64,000 bases of DNA, from assembly GCF_004010195.1 (NCBI RefSeq), contig NC_057751.1:12133508-12197507 (forward strand), read 5' to 3'. The stretch is from Chiloscyllium plagiosum. Lineage: Eukaryota. This document shows, one piece after another, positions 1-12,045 of the stretch; position 1 is the stretch's first letter, and the number at the start of each line of letters is the position of its first letter. The translations under genes and the position numbers were made by a program. Under the pieces are notes generated by a model, which ran no database searches, was not told the origin of the DNA, and was given only the letters and a program-made list of their open reading frames with translations.

Positions 1-1050
1 AACTGCATCTTAAAATGAAATGCAAAGAAACGGAGAGACCCGAGATGTCAATGGTAGAGTAAAGGAAATCACGGAAAGCTAGATTTGCAAGAAAGCTCGA
101 GGTTTAGAGGGTTGGAGAAAGTTAAGAGGTAGGGAGATGAGGACACAAGAATCAGATCTCAAAATCACAATTTTGCCCATGTGGGAACCAAGGTAGCTGC
201 GCATGGCTTGATGGATGAATGAGACTTAGTTTGAGTTACAAGAACAGCAGAGTTTTGGATGAGTTCAAGCTTACACAGGGTGCAAGGCGAGAGATTCACC
301 AGGAAGATATTGAAATAGTTGAGATGAGAGATTACCAAAGCTTGGATGTGAATTTTAGGAGGAGATGACCAAGGTAAAGGTGGAGATAGCAATTAGGGTG
401 AACATTGATGAGCTGCATGATGTTGAAGGTATGGAGTTTGAAGCTCTGATCAGGGTTAAATATAATGCCAAATTTTCAATGGTTCAGCTTCCAATATTGG
501 ACATGGAATGAATGCTGTTGTTGCTGAGGAACTTTGTTAAGGAACAAGACAATGGCTTTTGGCTGCCTATATTTAATTGGAGGACATTTTTGCTGATCAA
601 TATAGAAGGTTATATAAGGAATATGACAAATCAGAAGCAACTGAATGAGTTGAGAAAGCTGGTTACAATACTTTTTGTTTGGTTGTGATGCAAAGGATAT
701 TTATAAATCTGCAGAGGTACAAGGAAAATAGGGGCTTTCGTTAAGAAAGATCCAACTGTGGCTTCATTTCACCACGAGGCTGCAAAATAGTGTATGATCA
801 TGACAAGATGGACAGAAAAAGAACTTAAAGAGGGAGGTTCCAGCCACTTCCCATCGTGAGCTATACTGTGCTCATTAGGATATCAGTCAGCCTTAACCCA
901 TTATACTAACTCTCTGATTCCAGCCATTTCACTATTATGGTGAAGTTGATCTAATTGCACATGTGGATGTAGTACCTGACCTTATATTGCCAGATTTTGT
1001 TGCTGAGGGCAGCACTCAGTTGAGAAATGCGAGGGGTCAAGGACAGAGGA
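1..1050 (-). mobile_element. Decayed L2-type LINE, RT C-terminal region and 3' part
   Basis: ORF 165..392(-) reads IHIQALVISHLNYFNIFLVNLSPCTLCKLELIQNSA, resembling the L2 'IHAFVTSRLDYxNxLLxGLP..LxKLQxIQNxAA' block. Many stops and frameshifts. Confidence 0.7.
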
Positions 1051-1084
1051 ACCTTGAACATAACAGGATTAAAGGCAGAATGTG

Positions 1085-2172
1085 ATATTTAGTGAAAAGA
1101 AAACCTATGGGATTAAAGGCCCAGTGGTTTTGTGGGGACAGAAAGCAGAGTGTAATGTTGAACAGTTGTTTTTCAGACTGAAAGGAAATGTTCAGAGCTT
1201 TCTCCATGGGGTGTTTGAAATAATTGTTCCTTTACTGCTGTGAATTACCTAGAATTGAGTATGCAGGCTATAACTTCAGTGTTTAAAATAATGTGAAAAT
1301 CAAAAATACAGTAAACTATGAGGACAAAAGGAGCAGACACTGTGAGGATGTACTTAGATAAATGAAATAGCTGGATGGATGGAAGATAAAAGTGTAAATT
1401 GATCCATTGGGGTTGGAAGACTGAGGAGGCCTGCATGGTAAGTTTTACAGTGCAGGTGCTGCTGAAATGGAGATACTTTGCAATGCATGCCCAGTGGTCT
1501 TTAAACATTGCATGAAAACTTTGATAAGGCTGATAAAAGCCAGATAAGATTCTCAATCCTGTAAATTGTGGCAGTGTTAAAAAAGCAACAAAGTTAGGCT
1601 TCACATTTGTAAAGCACTGGATCTGTCCAAATTTTAGGAATGAAGCCAAATCTGGGAATTGCACTTTAGCAGGGACCTCAAGGCCTGGGAAAGGGTCCAG
1701 AGGAACATTAAGGAACAGTGCTACATTTGAAGGACTTCAGTTTTGTGGAGAGACTCAAGAAACCATGATTGTTTTCCTTTGAATGAAGGAGGTTGGCACG
1801 AAATTTGATGAAGCAGCTTACTATCATGAAGTGGTTTGCCACTGTAAATAAGGAGAGATCATTTCCAGTGACTTAAGGGTCAGTAACAAGAGACCATGGA
1901 TTTTTTTCAGCTAAGTATTAAAGAATCATGGGATGCTCTGAGGAAAAATGCATTACTCAGCAATAATTTATATTTCATTGCCTGAAGGATGACAATCATG
2001 GCTTTCGAAAGGGAATTGTATAAATTCTTGAAAGGAAAAATTCGCAGGAATTCGAGGAAAGGAGAGTGGGTTAAATTGGATAGCTCTTTAGAAGAACTGG
2101 CTCCAGACACGACGGTCCAAATGGTCTCCTTCCAAGCTGTGCAATTTTGTGATTCTACTATTTTCAATGATT
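1085..2172 (+). mobile_element. Old CR1-type LINE fragment, RT end to 3' UTR, inserted in the L2
   Basis: Degenerate CR1 RT-like sequence that ends in a 'ctgtgcaattttgtgattct' CR1-like tail and splits the L2 pieces. Confidence 0.6.
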
Positions 2173-2189
2173 CCTAAACTACAAGACGA

Positions 2190-2330
2190 TTGAAAGCAAA
2201 AGAACTTAAAGAGAGTGGTCCCACACTACTGGGGAGGAGTTGGAGGATGACAGTATGGTTAACTCTGTCAAAGGCAATGGGCAGATTGAGAAGTAGAAGG
2301 AAGGCCACACCCACACAGGAGTTGCACTGA
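2190..2330 (-). mobile_element. L2-type LINE RT fragment, continuing 1-1050
   Basis: ORF 2174..2368(-) contains LLLLNLPIAFDRVNHTVILQLL, resembling the RT motif LLDLSAAFDTVDHxILL. Confidence 0.65.
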
Positions 2331-2595
2331 TGCTCAATAAGTGGGGCCCAGGGCTCTTCAGGGCACACTATGTTCAGGGTTGTGGAGGGGGGCGGTGGAT
2401 GGTGGGGTTAAGCTTGCTTCTCGGGAGATGGGCCGACTGTGCTGGGTTCAGGAGGCTGGGCCTGCTGTGCTCTGGTTGGGAGCTGGGGCCACAAAGCTCA
2501 GATCAGCTGTTGGCTTTGGGCCCTGGAGCTTGGGCTTGGAGCAGCACCAGATTCTGTGATTTCTGTTGCTGCCTTGAGAAGCAGTGAAAGCTTAC

Positions 2596-3129
2596 TGTGG
2601 TGATTGGAACGAGGTCGGTCGATGGATATCATAGAATATGAGTTTACTGATTGGGGCTGCTAACTTGGTCCAATCAGGAATCCCTGGCTGACAGATACAA
2701 ACAGGACTGACCACCGGGGTGGTGAATTGGGGGGGGGGGAAATGAAGTATTTTATGTCCCCCTCCAATTCTACTTTGATTTAATCCCCATCCCTCCCCTT
2801 CACTGTCTGATCAGGCAGCATTGCCCTTTGATGAGAAGAGCACTGCTTGTCACTGGCCACTTGGGTGTTTCCTTTCTTCCTGGTGGTGGAGACTGAATAA
2901 AGATTTATCCACCTGTTGTCTTTCACTGTGTCTCGAACCTGCACACACAACACGGGTGCTGGGGAAAATATAAGCACTACTGCAGTTAGATGGTAGTGTG
3001 GGGGTTAAAAAGAAATAAACAGGACAATCAGGGGTTCTGTTCACTCAAGGAGCTGGATCGAAGCTAGCTGGGTCAGTGTCTTGTACTATGCATGTGCAAA
3101 TAAAGGTTGACTTGTGTGGAGTTATTTCA
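2596..3129 (+). mobile_element. Short solo LTR (family A), interrupted by a LINE 3' fragment
   Basis: Begins TGTGGTGATT and ends GTTATTTCA. Flanks CTTAC/CTTAT form a 5-bp TSD with one mismatch. Internal CCAAT and AATAAA. Homologous to 41180-41374 on the opposite strand. Confidence 0.75.
2707..3015 (+). mobile_element. 5'-truncated non-LTR retrotransposon 3' UTR, possibly L1/Tx1-like, inside the LTR
   Basis: AATAAA plus an A-rich end, flanked by duplicated AAACAGGA. A related fragment lies at about 46540-46650. Confidence 0.55.
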
Positions 3130-5889
3130 CTTATCTCAGTCGCAATCACACAGGCTATCATTTATGACTGCAATGAAAGCTACTCGAGGGTGGAAATCTG
3201 ATCAGACAGATTGAAAGACACAGTTGCATCAATATAGATTCAGCAGAGTCCTTTGGTGAGGAAAGAGAGGCTGAGGCAGGGATGCTGGTTAGTGGAGACA
3301 GACAGCTCAACGATCAGCTCAACAGACACAGAGGGAGGATTAATTGAGGCACTATCATTACAAATCATAACAGCTGAATATCAGGAAAGCAATTTATTGG
3401 CATATTTCAGACTTTATTCATTCAAATAGAGATTTATGTTGTGATCTCTGCTTACAATTCAAATTGAAGAAATACAGCTATATTCAACATAATGGTCATT
3501 GAAAATGAGGTGGTTCTAATAAATATTTTTGAAGTTCAGACAGTGACAGGCAATGAACTATGTCCTGGAGCATAGCATGTTGTCCATTAAAGTTAATATA
3601 TCTAAATGGAATTTGTGTTACAGATGCAATGAGCAACATTTAATCGACTGCTGCAAACAAATACAGGAACACCCTAATTGAACAAGTTCACGTCTGAAAT
3701 GTGCAGAAAATAATTTGAAGTGATACTGGAAATTGACCATTAAGCAAACTCAACATTCTGGAGGAAATCATACATCACCAGATGCAATGAGACAGTCAAA
3801 ATGAGTTGCAATACCTCAGGCAAAATTGATTTTTGACACATCTGTCATGAAAGGATCTTTTTTCCACTGAAATGGGAGGATCTTTCAGCCTGAGAATTTC
3901 CTGACGAATTCTGAGTTCACCAAGTTGAGAGATTTCTCTGTTGTATATGGAATCTTCTTTTGTTCCCATTTTTATTACATAGTACCTTTACTATGAACAC
4001 CTTGATCGTGTTCACTTGAAATTATATCTAGATCTGTTATTTGCTTTAATTCCAGTTCTCTGTACTCCTGTACTGAGGTAGCTCCACATATGGTAGATAG
4101 AGAAAAAAATGATAAATGCAATCTATTTAACTACTCGTTGAGTAATGTTCATTGGGAGAAGACTTTTGCTTCAATAAAGCTGTAGATAAATAATGCAAGG
4201 TGTGCCATTGTTTTTTGAAAGCTCTATTAAGGATACAATTTTTATAAATCGCACAAAACGTCAGAATGACTAAGGCAAGGTAGTGTGACTATTCAATATT
4301 TACAAAGGTGATGAACATCAATTCTACCACTTTCCCAAGACTGGAGAGATAAACTGCATGAAAATAGTTTAGTTAGGAGAAATAGTTCACAGTAAGCATT
4401 TAAGTCAGAAGGTATTTGGTGGAATGCAATCCTTGTTTCAGTCTTACTCAGTTCATTGTCGCATTGAACAACAAAATTGATATGGCTGAGTAAATCTCAT
4501 GGGATTATCCAATAACTTGAATCATGGAGCAAAATCTTATTTTATTTTCGGAGTCTTGGAGACTGAACCTGACCATAAATTGGCTAAGTGTTACTTATGG
4601 TAAGTTTTATGAAGCGTTCTCTCTGTGAGGCCTAGCTGGTTTTCTTGTGCTACCATCCCAAACTCACCTCATTTGCTATTCACCATGATCCCATGGCCTC
4701 ACGCTTGTCCGATTCTCCAACTTGCCATACATGGAAGTACATGCTGGGATCCCCTGGGATTCCTGATGCTGTTGCCATCCTTAAAGCCCAGACGTGGTCC
4801 CAGTCAAACGCAGGTAGCCTTGGGCTGACCTGCTTGCTGCTTGTCCCTTGCCCCAGGCCATGTCGGACCTGAAAGGAATAGACACTCCGCTTTGCCAATG
4901 GGAAATTGGAGGTCTTTGTGGATTGGATGTGAGTGTGGTCACTGTCCAGGGAGTGTGTCTTGGATATTAGTGGTTGATAGAAGGAGGAGCAAGCTGCAAG
5001 CTGGAGTCGCCAGGTTACTGCTCTGACTTTCATGTGTCATGGACTAGTTTCTATATGGCAGGCAGAAAAATAGGAAGTTACAACTTAATGAGAGGAAATG
5101 ATGTAATAATGAGACTGTTAATGCACGCGAATAGGCCTTTCACCTCTCATGAGCAAGAATCTCATTTCTCCTTTGAATATTGTTTGGACCATGGGACATT
5201 TTGCTCTTGACTCAGTGTTCAAAGCTCTCCTGTGCTGAACTCATGTGATTCTCTCAACTTCCTTACCAATGCCCACATCACTTGGGGGTTGCCCTCAGTA
5301 AGCATTGGGTCTAACACCAGGAAACACATCTGCTCAAGAGCAGGCTGTGTGGCCGCATGATCTTGTTTTTGTCAGCTCATTTCCTCTGGGAGCAACATGT
5401 ACCTGGGCAGCTGGATTTGTGGGTTGGGACAGTCACTCAGCATGTGCAAGCCCTCAACATTTCCATGTAGATGAATGTTCCTTGCTCACTGATGCTTGAG
5501 GAATGTGTGCAGCCCTGTATACTATTGCACAACTCCATCCTGGTGCTTTGCCCCAAAAATTCATCAGGAGTTCATCACAGAAAAGCTGACAAAATAAATT
5601 GTAGAGAATGCCATATGACAAAGCATAAAGTCTAAACAATAAAAAGCAAGCAGTCCCTTCAACACATGATGTTTCTCAATCGCAATTGACTCTTACTTCA
5701 CATGTGTTCGTCCAAAGTCATTCAATCTTAAATCAAAACCATGATAAGATTCCCTTGAGCTGGACAACCAGGTCTCATTGCTGCTCAGAATTCTTCAGCA
5801 TCAGTATCAGTGTCTTTCCCTCCTGCAGCATTTCCATCAGACTCCACTCCTTTCTGTCTGAGGAGATAGGTGGCTATCTGAACTCTACC

Positions 5890-6240
5890 TCTGCTATGCT
5901 CTCACCCTGTTGTACAGCCATGTTATGCAGGGATCAGCACACATGCACATGATCCTGGAGATCCTGTCCTCCAGGGTAAAGGAGTGCTCCTTCAGTAGAA
6001 GTGTATCTTCAGTTGATTGATTGTCTATGTGAGGATTGCCCAAGTGAATGAATGTGCTGCACTCTCCTAACACTGTTCTGCATTCCGAGGATTCTGCACT
6101 GGGACCATTGGCCATGCCTTCAGGGTGTATCCCTTGTCACATATAAGGCAGTGAAAAAAGCAGGAAAGCAAACATTGGAGGAGCCAGAGAGTTGTGCAGA
6201 ATTTAAGCATCATGACAGTTCCCTTGATAGCAGGTTAATA
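5890..6240 (-). mobile_element. PIF/Harbinger DDE transposase relic
   Basis: Minus strand reads CYQGNCHDA*ILHNS ... CDKGYTLKAWPMVPVQNP...SAAHSFTWAILT*TINQLKIHF ... RIMCMC..LHNMA. This matches the Harbinger PGSxHD / GDxGYPL..WLMTP / AH..TR..IE...G.LK.RF / C..LHN motifs, with stop codons. Confidence 0.75.
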
Positions 6241-6459
6241 CAGCTGGAGTTGTTGCCTGGGTTCACAAACAAGCTGGTCAGCGAGGACGTGAAATCCTTT
6301 CCAGTTCAGGACTGTGGTTGGATGTTACCACTCAACTCTCAGCACCATACGTGCAGTCGATATTATCAGGTTTGTGATCGCACAATTCTCATTTTTGCCG
6401 ACCAAGACAGTACCCATGAACATAATTCCAGTGCAATGGGCTGTTTGTGAGTATTCATT

Positions 6460-6612
6460 ACATTCCCTCACTAATTCCCTCCCTGATATCATTGTGCATT
6501 TACCTACTGCACATGACCAACAGTGATTCAAGAAGGCAGCTCATCATCACCTTCTCATTGGCAACAGAGGATGAGTAATAAGTGATGTTTACATTCCACG
6601 AGTGAATTAAAA
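6460..6612 (+). mobile_element. 3' end of a CR1-group non-LTR element
   Basis: 'ttcaagaaggcagctcatcatcaccttctc...gtgaattaaaa' tail. Related copies at about 8150-8390(-), 8950-9245(+), 31000-31245(+) and 52830-53340(-). Confidence 0.55.
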
Positions 6613-6865
6613 ATTTCTAATGAATGTAAAAGTGGTTCCCGATGACCAGGTTGAGAAAGGCTGACCTGTCTGAAATATCCTGACAACCTATCTCCAAAAC
6701 TTTAACCTTAAATTGAGAATCTGAATTTTGGCCTCCTGTGCAATTGAGCACCCCTTCCAACCTTACTAAATATTCCTGGTAGGTCCAGGTGATTCCACCC
6801 CCTGTACCTAATGACCACTGACTCCTCAGCTGCTTCAGTTTCCTGCAGTGGGTTGACATATATAG

Positions 6866-7538
6866 GGTCATAGAGATGTACAGTATGTAAACAGACCCTT
6901 TGGTCCAACTTGTCCATGCCAACCAGATATCCAAACCTAATCTAGTCCCATTTGCCAGCACTTGGTCCATATCCCTCTAAACCCTTCCTATTCATATATC
7001 CATTCTAATGCCTTTTAAATGTTGTAAGTGTACCAGCTTCCACCACTTCTTCTGGCAGCTAATTCCATGCATACACCACCCTCTGTGTGAAAACGTTGCC
7101 CCTTAGGTCCCTTTTATGTCTTTCCCCTCTCACCCTGAACCTGTCTCCTCTAGTTCTGGACTCCGCCACCCCAGAGAAAAGGCCATTTATCTCATGTTGT
7201 GTCTATTTATCCTAGCCATGCATCTAATGATTTTATAAACCTCTGTAAGGTCACGCCTCAGCCTCTGACACTCCAGGGAAAACAGCTCCAGCCTATTTAG
7301 CCTCTCCCTGTAGCTCAAATCCTCCATTCCTGGCAACATCCTTGTAAATCTTTTCTGAACCCTTTCAAGTTTCACAACATCGTTCAATAGGAGGGGGACC
7401 AGAATTGCACACAATACTCCAAAAGTGGCTGAATCAATGTCCTGTACAACAGCAACATGACTTCCTAATTCCTAAACTTGATGCATTGATCAATAAAAGA
7501 AAGCATACTGAACATCTTCTTCACTATCCTGACTACCT
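6866..7538 (-). mobile_element. CR1-type LINE (HER1-like) 3' fragment
   Basis: ORF 7187..7414(-) KLERVQKRFTRMLPGMEDLSYRERLNRLELFSLE is the CR1 ORF2 C-terminus. The tail reads ctgtacatctctatgac on the minus strand. Confidence 0.9.
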
Positions 7539-10500
7539 TTAACAGAGGTTTATAAAATATACAAGCAAGGATAATAAATTGTACTGTAGATTATCTACAT
7601 ACATATTGAAAATTTATTTATAGACTTTCCTTCACATATTGTGAGCTGTGTGAAAACAATGGTGGTCTCTTTCAAACCAAGACTTGATCAATTAATTATT
7701 CCAAAGCCTCATAATTTATGCCAATTTACAATAGGGAATTGTAAAGGTTGAAAACTAGAGATGACTTATTATGATGCTGGAACATGTCCTGTCATGGTTT
7801 AAATGGGAGGTTAACTGGAAACGTGGCAAATAAAGCAAACATGGAATTACAAATGCTTGTGAATAGATATTGGAAGGGAAAATAATGAGCAGTATTTAAA
7901 ATAAAAATTGGATACCGAGTATTTATCGAGTGTAGACATGAGATCATTTTACCTGGAATTACAGCACTGAACCAGAGTTTTAACGAGCCACAAGAAGAAT
8001 AGACTTCTGATGGCTCTTTTGCCACAGTTAAGTCATCATGAGGAATAAAATCCCAATTAAAGCATTTTAGCCCACATTGAGCAACATCTTTTAAAAACAT
8101 CTTAACAGTTACTTTGTTTGCAATGAGCTTGAGAATTCTCAGCATAGCAGAGAGATTTGTTTTTGTTCATTCGTGGGATGTGAGTGTTGCACACTGGACC
8201 AGATTCACTTTTCATTCTTAACTGCCCTTAAGAGCATGGTGGTGTGCTGGCTTCTTCACTCAATTCAGTATATGTGGTGTACACATGCACACAGTTTGAG
8301 TTCCAGGATTTCAATCCAGTGACAATGAAGGAACGATGATACGTTTCCAAATCAGGATGGTATGCGACTGGTGTGGAACATACAGGTGGTCTGAAATGCA
8401 TGGAGTCACCTTCTTTCTTTCTAAAGTGTCTTCATGAAGTTGCTTCCTCTTTCAAGCAAGTATTTATTTTGCCTTCACCAATTAGGGATCAAACTTGACT
8501 AAATATCGAGGATGGCCCCTATCGCGATGAGATTATCATTCATGGACAGGGTACAAGGAAAAACTTGCTGTCTGTATGTTTCCTGCCAGGTTGAGTCCAG
8601 ACACAACTGTTTTTTATCATCAGATGAAGATTTTCTTGGGTTACTCTATTATATCAACATAATGCTTTTAAAATTAAAACAGCAAATACTTGAAAAACTT
8701 AGCAAGTCACATGATATCAATCAACAGAGAAGTGGTTATCCTTCCAGTTCTGTGATATTTTGTCAGAATTTGTCAACATACTCTTTCAAAATATACATGA
8801 CATTACCCACTTTCTTTGTGCTGAGCTCTAAACTTACCCTTGGAGAAATCCTTCCTTTTTTCTGCAGCGTGCAAGACTTATTATGTAGTTCCCTGCACTC
8901 AAAATTAGGGAACTCAATAATGTGTCTTTATCTTACATAACAGCAACAATTTCCCAAACATTTCTTGATGGCATCTTCCAAATCCCCATCTTGTAATGCC
9001 TCGAAGCCAAGGGAAATAGCTGAATGGAAACTCCACTATGTATAAGACAGTATTCCTTTCCCCAGCCCAAATCCAATTGGTCACACACTATCCTGATCTG
9101 GAAATATACCCTCATCCCTTCATAACCATGGATGTGCCCACATGACATTGACTGTAACAGATAAAAAAGGCAGGCAACCACCATTTAATTAACAGCAATT
9201 AGGTGGGGACAAAAATGATCTTGTCAGTGATAGATGCTTTTCATAAACAAATCTGATTTTAAAAGCTTTTGAGTTTTATCGAAAGCACTACAGGTACTTA
9301 CTTTCAGCTCTAGTGGTTTCCTATATTACAAGATGTGACCTTCACATTGTTTTCCAAGGACAATAAAACTTGGCGGGTTTCTTTGTTTGGATCAGATCCT
9401 CCAATCCTCAATGTATTTATCTAAATCGTCCTTTCCATTCTGCAAAATAAAACATCAATTCTAGTACCTTGCATTTTTTTTAGAAGTGCCTGCCAGTTTT
9501 TTTTAACACAATAAAGACACACAATTGTTTTGGTCAATGCTATGGTTTATTGCAACCAGGAAATGCAGAGATTGTCATGAAAACTAAATGCATTTTATTT
9601 ACAGTACCTTGTCACCTTTTGTCACACACCCAAGGCCAGGAACATAACGGTTTCTCCCCTGGAGAACATTGGGAACTAATCCATGAGTTGTAAAACAAAA
9701 GCAGCAGCATAGTTTACACAAGAGATTTGTGCAGTACAGAGGGCTGCAGTAGTTCACTGATGAGGCCATCACTTCAACATAGTCTAATAGACCTTCCATT
9801 CTGAATTACTGGCCAAAAGTTGAAAAATATTCACTACATAATTCAGAGCTTCCTCAGTATTCCATATCTTGCTGGACCCTGAAATCTAACTATGTTAGTC
9901 ATTCTGTACAACTTTCTCCAACTCTAATTTTGTAAGATTAAACATTTTGGAGACTTGTGATTGGATTACTGGAAATACTGGTCTTGGGTAAGAGGCAAGT
10001 CGACTCTTCTGTCTAATTTGCAGAGTCTCTGTCGGCAGTTCCAGATCTGTTGTGCTTTTCTCGCATGTTCGTTTTATAATCAAAATTTATCTAACTTCTC
10101 AACATTTTCACGGCTTAAGCATTTTGGTAGTGTTGTAAACTTTGCTCTGGATTCTGACTGGTGCTGCTCAGTTATTTGACAGAATGCAATCTTTGAATGA
10201 CAAGACCGATTGCCCCTATTTCATTGACAGTACATTCTCATTGTAACTTTGTCAAAGGTTCCAACAGTCCAGGCAATAAGTCAACAGGTGCAGTCATCAC
10301 TTTAGAGGTTTTAAAAATATTTCGGTTCATGAGATGTTCAATTCAACTTGATTGAGAAATTTTATGCTGACACGGTTCCTCAGAGTGACATAAACTTCTT
10401 AGTTATCAAAGAGTTAATCAACGCTTAACAATTCTGCCTTGATAACTGAAATATGTATATTTGAAGAACATTTTTTTGCACATGGCGCTTTTTGCATCAC

Positions 10501-11669
10501 GATGATTAAAGGGTTTCTTCATGGTGTTCGTTTATATAAGTTATCAAAAAATTTAGCAATAAAAATTAGCATGCTTGGTACTGGGGTACTTAAGAGTATT
10601 TTACATTGTCTTTTATCCTCGTTAACTGAGATTTTGTATCTCACTGAAACTTTATTAGCATACTTTAATTAACTTCCATTACTCTCATTGTATTCCAAAT
10701 TGACAAAGTCACTTCTAAGTTTTCTGCAAACAAAGGTGCTCATTGTGAAAAGACTTACTGCATTTGACTGCGACACCAAGTATTGAAGCTAGAACATCAG
10801 AAAGTATCCATACAGGCCCTTTGACCATTCAAAAGGCATTAATCCTTAAATAGTAGGTATGAAAATATCTGCAGATAGAAATGTTTGAAGTTCATCATCA
10901 TGCTAGCTAATATAACATGAGATCAGATTTGTGACCACATGCACATGTGTCCAGGCTTCAGTATCTACCTTAATTGCATTGCAGTGATGCAAGCTGATTG
11001 AATACTGCCAAGGTTGGTAAGTGAGAACTTGATTGTAAAGGTTCCATGAGAAATGTCTTTCAGCAGTCTCAGCTCAGCTAAGAGTGGATGCAGCCTTCAG
11101 CACAAACCCATTTACAATCTGGCACAAAATTGTTAAGAGGGAAATTGATAAGAAGTATCTGGCTTCAACTCACATTACTCATTTGAGTTTAGAACCAAGA
11201 TGAACCTAGACCATATCTGATCTGATATGTAAGGTGCTGCCACTGGGTTACAGAACTGAAAAAGGCACACCAGTCCTCACAAAAAACATACTTGGTAGCA
11301 ATAAGAACAAATGTGATCAGCACTTCAATATAAAACTTTGCACGTGACAGATGTGTTCCTTCACCCTCCCAGTGATCTGTTCCTGAGAAGTTAGTCAACA
11401 AGTTTTACGAACTTCATAACAGTGACAATCTGTTTTAAATAGATCATGGAAAGCATTTGGACAGAAAGTGCATTGCTTCCTCTCTCTGACCTTCAAACAA
11501 TTGGAATTTATAATTTTTGCACTTGAAAAATCTGGAAACTGTATTGACAGTGCCGACTAAGGTCCCATCAATCAAAGAGGAAGAGATTTTCATCTCGTCA
11601 TATTGAGCTGGACTGCAATCTAGGATCCAGGAATGGAAAGACTATTTGGCCATCCATTGAACCAGTTTC

Positions 11670-12045
11670 TCTGTGGTACTCTCAACTCTCAAATAGTAGG
11701 TCCTGGGCTCAAACTGCTCTCCAGAGATTTGAGCACAGGATCTAGGTTGTAGTACAATATTGAGATGGTGCTGCACTGTCAGAGGTGCAAGTTTCAGGTG
11801 AAACATTAAACAAAGTTCCATCTACTCTCTCAGACACACGTAAATGTTTTCACATCAAAATTAAGCAGCAGACAAATTCTGTTGTTCACAATTACGATCT
11901 CACTGCTATTTCTGGGACCTTGTTGTACCCAATTTGCATTTTGCTACATGACAAAAATTACACAGTTCAAAAATACTGAATGAATACTGAAGTACTTCAG
12001 AACATTCTGTCATGGAATTTGTGGTACAAATGCAAATCCTTCAAT
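11670..12045 (+). mobile_element. Decayed Deu-domain-like SINE (SacSINE1/AmnSINE-like)
   Basis: 'gtgctgcactgtcagaggtgc...tttcaggtgaaacattaaac' central block and an L2-like tail. Related pieces at about 16450-16600, 50515-50640 and 51665-52210. Confidence 0.5.
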
